Assembly: GCA_050253075.1 (NCBI GenBank)
Contig: JBFWJS010000004.1
Span: forward strand, 213,685-277,684
Reading direction: 5' to 3'
From: Deferribacterales bacterium
GTDB lineage: Bacteria > Chrysiogenota > Deferribacteres > Deferribacterales > Geovibrionaceae
Length of the DNA: 64,000 nt
A program made the position numbers and the translations under genes. The notes below the pieces were generated by a model. That model was not told the origin of the DNA. It saw nothing but the letters and a program-made list of their open reading frames with translations, and ran no database searches. Positions 30,487 to 44,100 of the stretch are shown piece by piece (within the stretch, counting starts at the first letter, position 1; each line of letters begins with the position of its first letter).

Positions 30487-32046
30487 ATGTCTCTCAAATT
30501 AAAAACAACACTGATCTTTTTTATTGCTTTTATAATTGCATTCAGCTGTCTCGGATTTTATATGGACAGAACAATCTTCAGCGTTTTCACACAGCTGGAG
30601 AAGAATCACTTCATCAAGATAGGCAATCAGATAGTCAAAAGCTTTGAAAACAGGATGAACTATTACGAGGCATTTCTCACCGACTGGTCGGTATGGGACG
30701 ACACTTATAATTTCGTAGAGGATCTGAACGAAGAATATAAATCAAGCAACCTCACAGGATCCGTGCTCGAAGATATCGGGCTTTCCGCTATACTCTTTTT
30801 TGATGATCACATGAATCTCAAGCATTCATTCTATAAAAATGAACTAAAGCATGACATATCAGAACTAGCTGCCGACATAGGTAAAAACAGGAAAAAAATA
30901 ACAGAGATAGCTGTCACCGGACAGTCGGATTTCTTCATGCAGACGGAAACCTCTGCTAAGAGATTCCTTTGTGTTATCGCTCCGATAGTACCTTCGAACG
31001 AAGATAAGCCGATGCGCGGTTTCATGGTTATGACCGCACTATTCGATAAGAATCTGGTGGAAAAGCTCTCCGAGCTGACAGGCTATGAGCTCACATACCA
31101 CACAGACGTAGACTCAACAGAGCATCAGGGCGGAGATTTCACCCGTGTGAGCAAACAGATATCCCACTCTCTGAAATACTCCGACCACAATACTGTCTAT
31201 CAGGATTTCTTCCTTTACGATCTCAATGACAAAAAGATACTCGCCATACGCCTTGAGCAAGACAGAGCATTCAACACTCATATGAAAAACGTACTGAAAA
31301 ACTCTATGCTCACACTCGCCGTATCAGGTCTCTTCACGATAATTCTTGTCGGCTTCATACTGGACAAGCTGGTGCTTTCAGAGCTCAGGATGAAGATACA
31401 AAGATTCCGCGAGATAGAGCAGAGCAACGACATCTCCCTCCGTCTGGACGAGACAGGTGCAAGAGAGCTGAAAGAGCTGGCACAGGCGGCTAACGGAGCC
31501 CTCGACCGCATAGAGATACTTAACGACCAGCTCATCGCAATGTCTAACATAGACAGCCTGACAGGCATCGCAAACAGGAAGTTCTTCGACGAGCAGTACC
31601 TTCTGCACTATAAAAATGCCGCAAGGGAAGACAAGCTGATATCCATACTGATGATAGACATAGACTACTTTAAAGATTACAACGACGCATACGGCCACCT
31701 CGCAGGAGACCAATGCCTGCGCAGTGTCGCAGAGATAATAAACAACTCACTGAAACGCCCCATAGACGTAGCAGCGAGATACGGCGGTGAGGAATTCATC
31801 GTGATGCTTTACGACACAAACGAAGAGGGTGCACTGCACATCGCCGAATCAATCAGAAAGAATGTTCAGTCCGCCGTAAAACCCCATAAGGCTTCCAAAT
31901 GCGCAGACTGTATCACAGTCAGCATAGGAACCGCCACATCAAAACCGAGCAGGATGTCCAGCAGTATCGACCTGATAGCAAACGCCGACAAAGCTCTCTA
32001 CGAAGCTAAAGTTTCAGGCAGAAATTCTACCAGACAATTTTCCTAA
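30487..32046 (+). CDS. CHASE4-HAMP-GGDEF diguanylate cyclase
   Basis: DWSVWDDTYNFV (CHASE4), two TM segments, DSLTG, RPID I-site, RYGGEEF. Confidence 0.93.
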   Translation: MSLKLKTTLIFFIAFIIAFSCLGFYMDRTIFSVFTQLEKNHFIKIGNQIVKSFENRMNYYEAFLTDWSVWDDTYNFVEDLNEEYKSSNLTGSVLEDIGLSAILFFDDHMNLKHSFYKNELKHDISELAADIGKNRKKITEIAVTGQSDFFMQTETSAKRFLCVIAPIVPSNEDKPMRGFMVMTALFDKNLVEKLSELTGYELTYHTDVDSTEHQGGDFTRVSKQISHSLKYSDHNTVYQDFFLYDLNDKKILAIRLEQDRAFNTHMKNVLKNSMLTLAVSGLFTIILVGFILDKLVLSELRMKIQRFREIEQSNDISLRLDETGARELKELAQAANGALDRIEILNDQLIAMSNIDSLTGIANRKFFDEQYLLHYKNAAREDKLISILMIDIDYFKDYNDAYGHLAGDQCLRSVAEIINNSLKRPIDVAARYGGEEFIVMLYDTNEEGALHIAESIRKNVQSAVKPHKASKCADCITVSIGTATSKPSRMSSSIDLIANADKALYEAKVSGRNSTRQFS

Positions 32047-32051
32047 CAACA

Positions 32052-32081
32052 AAAAAAGGCTGCCTTTTAAAGACAGCCTTT
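32052..32081. terminator. Bidirectional terminator between the DGC and the adhesin
   Basis: AAAAAAAGGCTG...CAGCCTTTT. Confidence 0.75.
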
Positions 32082-32109
32082 TATAGTACTTAAGCAGGTC
32101 AGAGATGTA

Positions 32110-35100
32110 TTATCCCTGACATCCGTCATTACTGTTATTATCATCGAATGTGATGATCTTAGAGGCAGGGTCGAAGTCGAAGCTGCCCTGAATATGAACC
32201 TCTGCGCCTGAGCCGTCATTCGCTGTGAATGTACCTGTCTGGTTGTCGTATGACCAGTCATTGCTCATCTGTACCTGATCGCCCTCTCCGCCTGTGATGG
32301 TGAGGATGCGGTCTTCATCTGTGAGACCGAGTACGTCATCTACATTAAGCGTATTGATGATCTGCGCTGCATCATCGTCAGACATATTTATCAGGTCTAT
32401 GTGTCCATAGCTTTCCACATTGCTGAAGTCTATGCTTCCTGTATCCAGTGTGGATTCTGCCATATCGTATGTATCGGCAGCCTGATACTCTACAGGTTTC
32501 ACGATGAAGTTGACATCGCCTGTTCCATCAGGGTCGATGGCAGGGTCGTTGTTAGAGTGACCGTTACCGTTGTTGCCCGCATCAAAAACTATGTACTGGA
32601 ACGGAACATCAGATGTAAATGTCGCTGTAGTGCCGTCGAATGTCACACTTGCGTGTGATGGGTCGATAGCGTCACCGTTGGCATCGTATATCAGCCATGT
32701 TGTAGAGCCGACGCCTGAATCTGTCGCGTCGCTGTCTGCGTTGTAGAATTCGAATGTAGCGGAAGTAACATCGTCATGTATGTGGAATGAGATGCTTTCG
32801 CTTGTTTCAATGTCGAAATCCTCAGAGTTATTATTCGACTCATTTACAGACCTGACAGCATAAAATCCGTCTTCGTTGATGGCTTCGGCATTGTTGCCTG
32901 TAGGGGCGTATTCGTTGCTGTTGCCATAGTTGCCGCCTCTGTGTCCGAATGCATCGAAGTTTCCGTCAAGGCTGTGTATCTCAGGAGTGTATTCCTGTGC
33001 AGGTACATCGATGGATACGCTTGTATGCGCTGTTGTTGTTATAGTGCTGTCTGCGCCGTCTGCCACAGTTACGCTGATATCGCGAGCATCCAGACTGTCT
33101 GATTCTGTGCTGAATGTCACACTGCCGAGAGCATTTTCGAAGTGCTCTATACCTACGGCTGAACCGTCCTCGGACGCTATAGTCATGGATGTGCCGTCTT
33201 CGCTGTATGTAACTTTCAGTCCGCCGCCGAGAGCCGTCTCGTCGATGTTCAGAGTGTCAAGTGCATCAAAGTTGCCTGTGATGGCTATTGTCATGGAAGT
33301 GAGTGTAGTATCGTCCATGTCCTGTATGTACAGGTCCGCTGCTGCGATAGCAACACCCTGATCGCTTCCCATAGTATATGTTGTGCTGTAGTCCACTGTC
33401 TCTTCGGAGAAGTCGAGCCCTTCCGGTCCGTTCAGGTCTATGAAAGGAGCTTCGTTTGCAACGACAGCTTCTCCCGGTACATCCACGTGGACAACTGCTT
33501 CAGCAAGCTCGGATACATCGCCGTTGCCTGATTCAACTGCCGCAGCAGAGAGTGTCAGGTCGAAATCGGCTGTGCCCGCAGGCACAGTCATAGTTACCTC
33601 GCCGTGATATGTGGTGAGGTTTTCCACGCTGATGGTCCATGTGCCGTCGCCGTTGTCGGTACCGATGCTGAGCTCTGCGCCTTCAGGCAGACCGCTGAGT
33701 GTGAGCGACTCGAGGCTTTCGTATGAAACTGCGCCGTTGAGGTCTGTCACTGCTGCATCGAGTGTGAGAGTGAACTCTACTGAGTCAGGTGTGGCAACGA
33801 GCTGTACATTGTCGATGGCCATACCGTGGTTGTCATATGCTGTACCTATCTCTTTGAACTCGAGACGGTCGTTTCCGTTACCGGCTCCGCCGATGACTTC
33901 TACAGTGTATGACTCCCATGTCGTGTTGTCGCCTGTTATAGTGGCGATAACTTCACCGCCCCAGATAACCTGCATAGCGCCGCTTGCAGGATTGTTTGCG
34001 ATGGCAGCTTTATCCACATAGTCGAATGTGAGTGTATAGCTTTCGCCTTCTTCCAGTCCGCTGAGGACCTGACCTATGTGTGTGTTGTCACGGTCGCCGT
34101 CGTTGGAGCTGTTTGTCTCGCCGAGGTCCATATAGTTTGTACCGTCTGTAGAGCCGACGCTCATATGGCCTGCATTATGTATCTCCATAGTGTTCGATGT
34201 TTCTGATGCTTCACCCACAAGCTCCCATCCGGGGATAGAGGTCATAGCTTTGTATGAACCGCTGTTGATATTGCTAGAGCTGGAGTAGCCGCCGTTAGGC
34301 TTGATGCCTGTTACATCTTCGAAGCTGCCGTTCACAATGAGGTTAGCTGTGGATTCTGTAACCGCTTCGGAAATGCTGAGTGATACGCTAGGTGCATCTG
34401 CCACAGGGTTCACTGTCACGTTAACAGTCGCTGTGGATGTAGCTCCGTCTGCGTCTGTCACTGTGTATGTGAAGCTGTCCTCTCCGCTGAAATCGTCAGC
34501 AGGAGTGTATGAGAATGTTCCGTCTGAGTTCTGTACCACAGAGCCGTTAGCACCCTGAGTAAACTCAGTGATAGAAGCAGGACCTTCCGCATCGCTGAAA
34601 TCGCCTGAAACATCTATGCGGATGGCTGTGTCCTCATCGCCCGATACATATGCATCGGTAACGACAGGTGCTTCGTTTGCACCGTTTATTGTTATGTTCA
34701 GATCAGCAGAGCTTGATTCCTTGCCGTCTGAGATAGTGTATGTGAATGTCTCTGTGAGAGTCTGACCGTCGCTCAGCCCTTTCACGTCTGTGTTTTCGCT
34801 GTCGAGCTCGTATGTGTATGTACCGTCTGAGTTGATTGTCAGAGTACCGTACTCTCCCTCTATCACAGTGTCGCCGTCGACATCGCTTCCGTCCACGTCT
34901 GTAACGCTGAGGCTGTCGCCGTCAGGGTCAGAGTCGTTTGCAAGGACATCGCCTGTGAGAATAACAGATTCATCAGAGCCTGCGTCCACGCCTGTGTATC
35001 CGTCAGCCAGCTCGAATGTTATCTCGCCTACGCTGACCGTACCGCCTGTGGATACGGCTTTCAGCCCTTCGACTTCGTCGGCAGAGACTGTCCATGTGCC

Positions 35101-38100
35101 GTCACCGTTGTCTGTACCTGCGCTGAGAGTAGCGTTTGTCACAGTGATAGTGAAGCTGTCAACCTCAGCACCCGCAGGGTCTGTTGTGATGACAACGTCA
35201 TACTCTGTGCTTCCTTCGGAATATCCGCCGAACCTGATCTCTTCTATCTCGTTCACAGTGATCATCTGGCCTGTGCCTTTGTCTATGATCTGGGTATTTA
35301 TCATACCGTTATTGTTTGTGTAGTTCTGGAATGTGTAGTCACTCTGAGAACCGCCGAGTATAAGTATGTCGTGTCCGCTTCCGCCGGCTATGGCAGTATT
35401 TCCGTTAATAGGTCCGTTAAGGAGGAAAATATCGTTTCCGTCGCCGGCATTGATATTATTTCCGCCCTCTGTGCTGCCCACCATGTAGAAGTTGCGCTCT
35501 GCGCCTCCGTTGATGTTAAAGTTCAGCGACAGGTCGCCGAGGTCTGTCACGACAACGCCTGTGAGGTCGATATCGCTGTTTGCTCCGCCCGCTGTTGTCT
35601 CGTTTGTGAGCTCTACAGTTGCAGTAACATCGACAGCCTCTGCACCGGCAGCAGTAACTGTGCCGTAGTCATCAGCAGCCACAGGCGCATCATTGATGCC
35701 GTTGACCGTGATGGAAAGTGTCGCGATGTCTGTAGCTCCTTCGGAGTCTGCAACAGTGTAAGAGAATTTATCCAGTGCGGACTCTCCGTCTCCCATAGCC
35801 TGAACAGCAGGGTTTTCTGTGTCCAGAGTATAAACGTATGAGCCGTCGCTGTTTATTGTAAGTGTTCCGTACTCGCCCTGTACTGTTATAGAGCCGTCTG
35901 ACATGTTGTCCAGAGCGACAGAGTCGGATGTCTCTCCGCCTGCTTCTGCGCCTGTCACAGTGAGCTGAACGTTAGTACCGTTTGAGCTGTCTGACCAGTC
36001 GATGTCCTCAGGGTCTGTATCGTTAAGGAGTACATTGCCGATAACTTTTGATGTGTCGGCTATGTTCACGAGTGTCTCTGCAAGTCCGTGCTCGTCATTC
36101 ACCAGCAGAACCTGACCGTTCTCACCCGCTACGAGTGAAAGCTGAGAAGAAGCAGCGTTCACGCCTATGCCGACTGCATAAACGTTAGAGAAGTTTGCTC
36201 CTGCGAACTCATTCCAAACGCCTGCTTCGCTTGAGCTGATGCTGTTGCTGTTGGAACGTCCGTCCTCATAGTCTGATCCCTGAGGAGATCCGTCAGACAG
36301 GAAGTACATAACAGTCTCGTCAGCCGCAGGCATAGAGCCGTCAGCCGTGCTGGATTCATAGTTGTCCATGATCATCTGCAGAGCACTGTCATAGTCTGTG
36401 TTCAGGTTGTTCTGATCAAATGGGATCTCGAAATTAGTTATTAAGTCCATAGCTTCGTCGTATGTGAGCCACACACCGTTCTGACCAGTGTTTGTGGAAA
36501 CATCGCCGAAGAACTCAACGAGCATAACACCGCCGACCTCGCTAGGCTCATAGCTTCCCAGCATCTCTTTAAGAGAATCGAGAGCTATCTGGAGGCGTGT
36601 CTCGTCACCTTTGATGTCGTTGTATCTGTCATGGAACATACTGCCTGATGTATCGAGAGCGATAACAATGTTCAGGCTGGATGTGTCAGACACATCGGAT
36701 ATAGTGTTTACATCATCGACAGCCAGAGGCGCATCGTTCACAGGGACAACTTCCACTGTGATGTTTGCTGCGTTGCTCCATGCCTCGCCGTCACTCACCT
36801 CTACTCTGAACTCTCTGTCAGCGGTATCAGGTGTGTCTGATGTGTTGTTGTACATGATGGATTCGACAGCCTGAGCAAAGTCCTCGTTGCTCATCTCTTC
36901 ACCTGAGTTGGTGAATGTGATAACGCCGTCTGTAATGTCATATTCTATGCCGTCAGGAAGCATGTTCTCGTCTATGCTGAGTACATCTTCGCCCGGCTGA
37001 TAGTTTTCAAGTGTTACCTTCAGCTCAAACATTGTGGTGTCGTCCACGTCTGTCACTGTCACGTCCTGTACGATGTGTATCGCACCGCCGTCCTCAGTGA
37101 AAACAGCCGCTTGGTCTGTCTCTGTGACGTCCACTCTGAAGTCTGTGTCGTTTGTCGCATCTTTGCCGTAGAGGTCTTCGATGGCGATGGTCACAGAGCC
37201 GTCTGCATTTTCAGTGACGGCGAAGTGGTCTTTGCCGTCTTTGTTCAGGTCGTTGTCAGAGTAGAAAACGTTCTTAGTAACTTCAACACCGTCGATGGAC
37301 ATAACAGGCTTGCCGTTTACCATCTCGAATGTAACCTCGCCCTCTTCATATCCGCCTGCGCCGATATTAGAGATGAGGAAGAAGTGTACGTTTGATGCTG
37401 CAGTGTCGTATGTGCCGAGGTCGAAGTTTATATCGCCTTTGGAATCGCCTGCGAGTATCTCACCGCTGACAGGGTTGCCGTCTGCATCTGTGAAGTAAAC
37501 ACCGAATGCATTCGTATAGCTTGCGCCTGTGTTGATGGAGTTAAATGTGACGCTTGTCTCCACATCATTCACTGTCACCACAGGGGCATCATTCACAGGG
37601 TCTACGACTATTGTGACTGTGGCAGGCTCAGAGAGTGCTCCGTCTGCATCTGTCACCTGATATGTGAATGTGTCTGTACCGTTAAAGTCGGCATCAGGTG
37701 TGTATGTGAATGTTCCGTCTGCGTTGAGTACAACAGTACCGTTAGCAGGCTGTTCGAATGTGGATATGCTTACATCGCCTTCGACGTCGCTGTCGTTAAC
37801 GAGGGCGTCGAATGTGATGCCGCCTTCGATGTCTTCTGTAGTGCTGTAGCTGTCGTCGCCTGCTACAGGTGCGTCGTTCACTGATTCCACATTTACTGTG
37901 AAGTCTGCAACGTTGCTTGTGAGACCTGTATCGTCAGTGACGGACACTGTGAATTCTCTCGGTGTCTCGTCAGGGTCCTGAGATGTGTTTTCGAATGTCA
38001 CCATCTTAAGTGCTGTTTCGAAATCTGCTATGCTGACAGATGCAGGGTCTGCTGCGGTGTTTGTAAATGTTATCTGGTAAGGGACACTTGTGTCGGCTGT

Positions 38101-41100
38101 GATGCCTTCAGGCAGGTCGCCGAGTATGCTCATCACATCTGATGCGAGAGGATTTGTCAGTGTCACTGTCATATTTGTCATAGTAGAGCTGTCGTCATCG
38201 GCTATTGTAACGTCGCCTGCGATGCTTACTGCTTCGCCGTCTTCCACGAATGTCACATTGCCTGTCTCCAGTCTCATAACTGCGTCGTCATAGTCTTCGT
38301 CGCTTGTGGCAGGTGCTAGGTCTTCCACACCGATTGTTATGCTGCCGTCAGCATTTACGGTTGTCTGGAAGTGTTCTACATTGCCCGGGTTCAGCTCTGC
38401 ATTGTCGAAGTATACAGGTCTGTTTATGTTGACCATGTTTTCGCCGTTGGAGTATTGAGCAGTATATCCGTCGCCGTTATCTACGAACCGGATAGAGTCG
38501 TAGTCCACATCACCCACGTTTCCGTTTGCGATTATGAAGAAGTGCAGGTCCGAGCCGTCGCCTGTATATGTGCCGAAGTCGCCGTCCGCAGGGTCTATCT
38601 GGAAGTTGCCTGCGCCGTAGTTACCGTTGTCTTCGAGTATGGAGACAAGGACAGGCTCGCCCGCCTCGTTCACGGTGTAAAGACCGATAACGTTGTTGTA
38701 GGAAGCCTCTTCGGAAACGTATGTGACGGTTGTTTCTGTGTTTTCAACAGTGATGACTGGGGCCTCGTTCTCATGGAGAACATTAAGGCTGACTGTGGCA
38801 GTATCTGTCTTGCCGTCTGTGTCTGTCACTGTGTATGTGAATGTGTCTGCGCCTTCGTAGTCTGCGTCAGGTGTATATACAACCTTACCGTCTACTATCT
38901 GCACAGTACCGTGCTCCGGATCTGTATGGATGGATACTGTGAGGTCGTCGCCGTCTATGTCGCTGTCGTTGGCGAGAACATCTATCTCTATGCTTGTGTT
39001 CTCCTTCAGCTCTGCGGAGTCATCGAGTGCCACAGGAGCATGCTCTGCCGTGAGAGTATCGGACGGCTCGATGTCGAATGTGATGGTCGCTGTCTCTGAG
39101 CCTTTACCGCCGGAGTCTGTCACAGAATAGTCGAATGAGTCGCTTGTCACTGCGTTCAGCTCTATGTACTGTACGGTGAAGTTAGAGTTCACTGTTGTAT
39201 TTGTCACGCTGAAGACTATCTGAGAGATGCCGTCAGTATCTATCGTGAATGAGTTAACCTCGTCGCCGTCATTCTGTACATCGCCTGAAGCTATGAGGTT
39301 TCCTTCTGCGTCGAATGCTTCCCAGTGTGCGTATGCGTCTATGCTTCCGCCAAAGTTTTCACCGAGGCCTGCGAGTCCCACTGTAGCGTTTGAAACAGGA
39401 GAGTCGAAGTCTATGACGAGTGTTTCGCCGAGGTCGATCTGATTATCATCCACGCCGCCGTCTACGCCAAGCCCGAATCCGTCCTGTTTGTTTATGCCGG
39501 AGTAATCGTTGAAGCCGATGTCACCGTTTGGTGAGGATATAGTCGCCGTCACGTCACCAGCTTCGAATTCTATTACTGTTTTACCGCTTTCGTCTGTTGT
39601 CACGGTTCCCCAGTTGTCTATTGTGCCGTCGCCCTTAGAGCCCATCAGCACAGAGACAGTCTCTGCATCGCCGTCGAGCACATACTGAAGCTGTGCAGCA
39701 TCAGGGATCTCCTGACCGATATGAACTTCCTCACCGCCATAGTAAAGAGTTCCGTGCTCAGGGAGAGACTCGATTGTTACAGTTGTGGATGTGGCAGGGT
39801 CACCGTCGTTGTCATCCTCGTAGTCGGATGTGAGCGGATCAAGTGTGAAGTCCGCTGCGTATCCGCCGTCGCTGTTCAGAGATATAGTATCGCTCTCAGC
39901 TTCGGGTGCAACGTTGTATTCTGCTACTGCTCCCTGCTCTATATCGAATGTAACTGTGGATGTGTTAGATATCGCATCGTCGCTGTCCACAGCGTGATAG
40001 TCGAAAGAATCTGTCATGTCGGCGTTTGTATACTCTATGTATTGGAGTACAAAGTTAGAGTTACCGCCTGTGGAGACATTGAAGAACTGTATCGAGTTAA
40101 ATGTAACGCCGTCGAGGTCTACCTCAGCGGTGAAGTTATCGCCTCTCTGTACGAATCCTTCGGCAACGATATCGCCGTCTGCGTCATAAGCTACCCAGTG
40201 TGCTTCCGCATCACGAGGGTTGTCGCTGTCAAAGTTTTCACCGAGACCGCCGAGACCGATGACAACATTACTTACAGGAGCATCGAAACTCACTGTGAGG
40301 CTTTCGCCTGTGTCTATCTGGTCGTTGTCGGCTCCGCCTACAACACCGATGCCGAGGCCGTCCTGTCTGTTTATCAGGTTGTTAAAACCGACCTCTGCGC
40401 TGTTTCCGTCGTCATCAGTTGCTGTTATCGTAGCCGTGATGCCGTTTGCGCCTTTATATGTGAGGACACCGTTTTCAACCTCGCCCCACTGTCCGACAAC
40501 ACCTGATGATTCCTGTGTTCCCATTACTATAGTAGAGTTATATCCTTCGTCCAGTTTATATGTGAGGTTTGTAACGTCGTCCACTGTCACGCCGGCTTCT
40601 GTTATCTCTGTGAGAGAGCCGTCGGACTCTACATAATAGAGTGTTCCGTGCTCAGGGAGAGAGTCTATGACAACAGATGTTGTTTTATCTGCGGATGCAT
40701 CGTCTTCAAGGTCTTTTGCGCCCCCTTCATCGAAATCTGAAAGGTCGAATGTTACCTCTCCGCTCGCATCCACTGTCACGCTCTTATCGCTTGTTTCAGG
40801 GCCGTCGTTAACGGCTGCCACGTTCACTGTAACTGTTGCTGTGTCTGTTCCGCCGTTACCGTCAGTAATTGTGTACTGGAATGTATCTGTACCGTTGAAA
40901 TTCGCCGCTGGGGTATATGTGATTGTACCGTCAGCGTTCACGACTACAGTACCGCCGTTAGCGGAGAATTCATCCGCAGACTCAACGGATACTGTGTCAC
41001 CGTCGAGGTCGCTGTCGTTAGCGAGGACATTAATGTTTACACTGCCGTCTTCATCAACGGACTGTATGTCGTCTATTGCTACAGGGTTGTCATTTTCAGG

Positions 41101-44100
41101 TGTAACAGTGAGATTCACTGTTGCCGTATCTGTACCGCCGTTGCCGTCGGATATTGTATAAGTAAAAGAATCTGTGCCGTTGAAGTTAGCTACAGGTGTG
41201 TATGTCACTGTGCCGTCACCGTTGATAGTTACAACACCGTGCTCAGGCTGAGTAACTGACGTTACGCTGAGTTCGTCACCTTCGATATCGGTATCGTTAC
41301 CGATAACGTTGATAACCGCAGCAGAGTCTTCTGCAAGCTCTTTGCTATCATCATTTGCCACAGGGCCGTCGTTCACGGCTGCCACGTTTACTGTGACTGT
41401 CGCTGTGTCTGTACCGCCGTTGCCGTCGGTGATGGTGTACTGGAATGTATCTGTACCGTTGAAGTTCGCCGCTGGGGTATATGTAATTGTACCGTCAGGG
41501 TTTACTACTACAGTACCGCCGTTAGCGGAAAGAGCGTCTGCACTTTCGATTGTTAATGTATCGCCGTCAAGGTCTGTATCGTTATCAAGTACGGATATTG
41601 TTACCGGTTCGTCTTCGTTTGTACCTATGCCGTCAGCCTCTGCGACAGGGCCGTCGTTAACAGCAGCCACGTTCACTGTGACTGTCGCTGTGTCTGTTCC
41701 GCCGTTGCCGTCTGTGATGGTGTACTGGAATGTATCTGTACCGTTGAAGTTCGCCGCTGGGGTGTATGTGATTGTACCGTCAGCGTTTACTACTACAGTA
41801 CCGCCGTTAGCGGAAAGAGCGTCTGCACTTTCGATTGTTAATGTATCGCCGTCAAGGTCGCTGTCGTTAGCGAGTACGTTGATTTTGACAGAACCGTCTT
41901 CGTCAACGGACTGTATGTCGTCTATTGCTACAGGGTTGTCATTCTCAGGTGTAACAGTGAGATTCACTGTTGCCGTATCTGTACCGCCGTTGCCGTCGGA
42001 TATTGTGTAAGTGAAAGAGTCTGTGCCGTTAAAGTTAGCTACAGGTGTGTATGTCACTGTGCCGTCGCCGTTGATAGTTACAACACCGTGCTCAGGCTGA
42101 GTAACTGACGTTACGCTGAGTTCGTCACCTTCGATATCGGTATCGTTACCGATAACGTTGATAACCGCAGCAGAGTCTTCTGCAAGCTCTTTGCTATCAT
42201 CATTTGCGACAGGGCCGTCGTTAACGGCTGCCACGTTCACTGTGACTGTAGCCGTGTCTGTACCGCCGTTGCCGTCTGTGATGGTGTACTGGAATGTGTC
42301 TGTACCGTTGAAGTTCGCCGCTGGGGTATATGTGATTGTACCGTCAGGGTTCACGACTACAGTACCGCCGTTAGCGGAGAATTCGTCTGCAGACTCGACG
42401 GACACTGTGTCACCGTCGAGGTCGCTGTCGTTAGCGAGGACATTAATGTTTACACTGCCGTCTTCATCAACGGACTGTATGTCATCTACTGCGACAGGGT
42501 TGTCATTTTCAGGTGTAACAGTGAGGTTCACTGTTGCCGTATCTGTTCCGCCGTTGCCGTCGGATATTGTATAAGTAAAAGAATCTGTGCCGTTAAAGTT
42601 AGCTACAGGTGTGTATGTTACTGTGCCGTCGCCGTTGATAGTTACAACACCGTGCTCAGGCTGAGTAACTGATGTTACGCTGAGTTCGTCGCCTTCGATA
42701 TCTGTATCGTTACCGATAACGTTGATAACCGCAGCAGAGTCTTCTGCAAGCTCTTTGCTATCATCATTTGCCACAGGGCCGTCGTTAACGGCAGCCACGT
42801 TCACTGTGACTGTAGCCGTGTCTGTACCGCCGTTGCCGTCTGTGATGGTGTACTGGAATGTATCTGTACCGTTGAAGTTCGCCGCTGGGGTGTATGTGAT
42901 TGTACCGTCAGCGTTCACTACCACTGTTCCGCCGTTAGCGGAAAGAGCGTCTGCACTTTCGATTGTTAATGTATCGCCGTCAAGGTCTGTATCATTATCA
43001 AGCACTGATATTGTTACCGGTTCGTCTTCGTTTGTACCTATGCCGTCAGCCTCTGCGACAGGGCCGTCGTTCACGGCTGCCACGTTTACTGTGACTGTAG
43101 CTGTGTCTGTACCACCGTTGCCGTCTGTGATGGTGTACTGGAATGTGTCTGTGCCGTTGAAGTTAGCCGCTGGGGTGTATGTAATTGTACCGTCAGCGTT
43201 CACTACCACTGTTCCGCCGTTAGCGGAAAGAGCGTCTGCGGACTCAACGGATACTGTGTCGCCGTCGAGGTCGCTGTCGTTAGCGAGGACATTAATGTTT
43301 ACAGAGCCGTCTTCGTCAACGGACTGTATGTCATTTACTGCTACAGGGTTGTCATTTTCAGGTGTAACAGTGAGGTTCACTGTTGCCGTATCTGTTCCGC
43401 CGTTGCCGTCGGATATTGTATAAGTGAAGGAGTCTGTACCGTTGAAGTTAGCTACAGGTGTGTATGTCACTGTGCCGTCAGCATTGACGACTACTGTACC
43501 GTTTTCAGGCTGAGTAACAGAAACAACTTCGAGCTCGTCGCCGTCTATGTCTGTATCATTAGCAAGAACAGAGATAGTAACGGAAGAATCCTCTGCAAGC
43601 TCTGCTCCGTCTGCCTCTGCCAGAGGACCGTCGTTCACTGGGTTTACGCTTACGTTTACGACTGCTGTTGAAGTATTGCCGTCTGCATCAGAGATAACGT
43701 ATGAAAATCCGTCGGTGCCGTTAAAGTTGGCATCCGGAGTATATGTAACAGTACCGTCTTCGTTAAGTGTAACAGTACCGTTTGATGGCTGATTAATGCT
43801 TGTGATGCCTGTGGCATTCACATCGTTTGCGAGGAGGTCTATTACAACACTGCTGTCCTCATCCACAGAAACATTGTCTACCACAGCCTGTGGAGCCGTA
43901 GAACCTGAATCACCGGAGCCCTCACCGCCTGTTTCGCCTGTGGAGCCGCCGGTTTGAGATGCGGCAGGTGTCTGTCCGTTGTTGTTGCCGTTATCAGGAG
44001 CACCGCCGAAGTCGTCGCCTTCTTCACCCGAGCCGCCTGATGAACCGAGTAGGTAAGACCCGACATTACCCTGTGATGAGTCGCCCGGCAGGAAGTTGTA

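Noticed and set aside
40805..43640. Repeats as a possible CRISPR array or mobile element
   Set aside because: They are in-frame ~94-codon protein repeats with no unique spacers.
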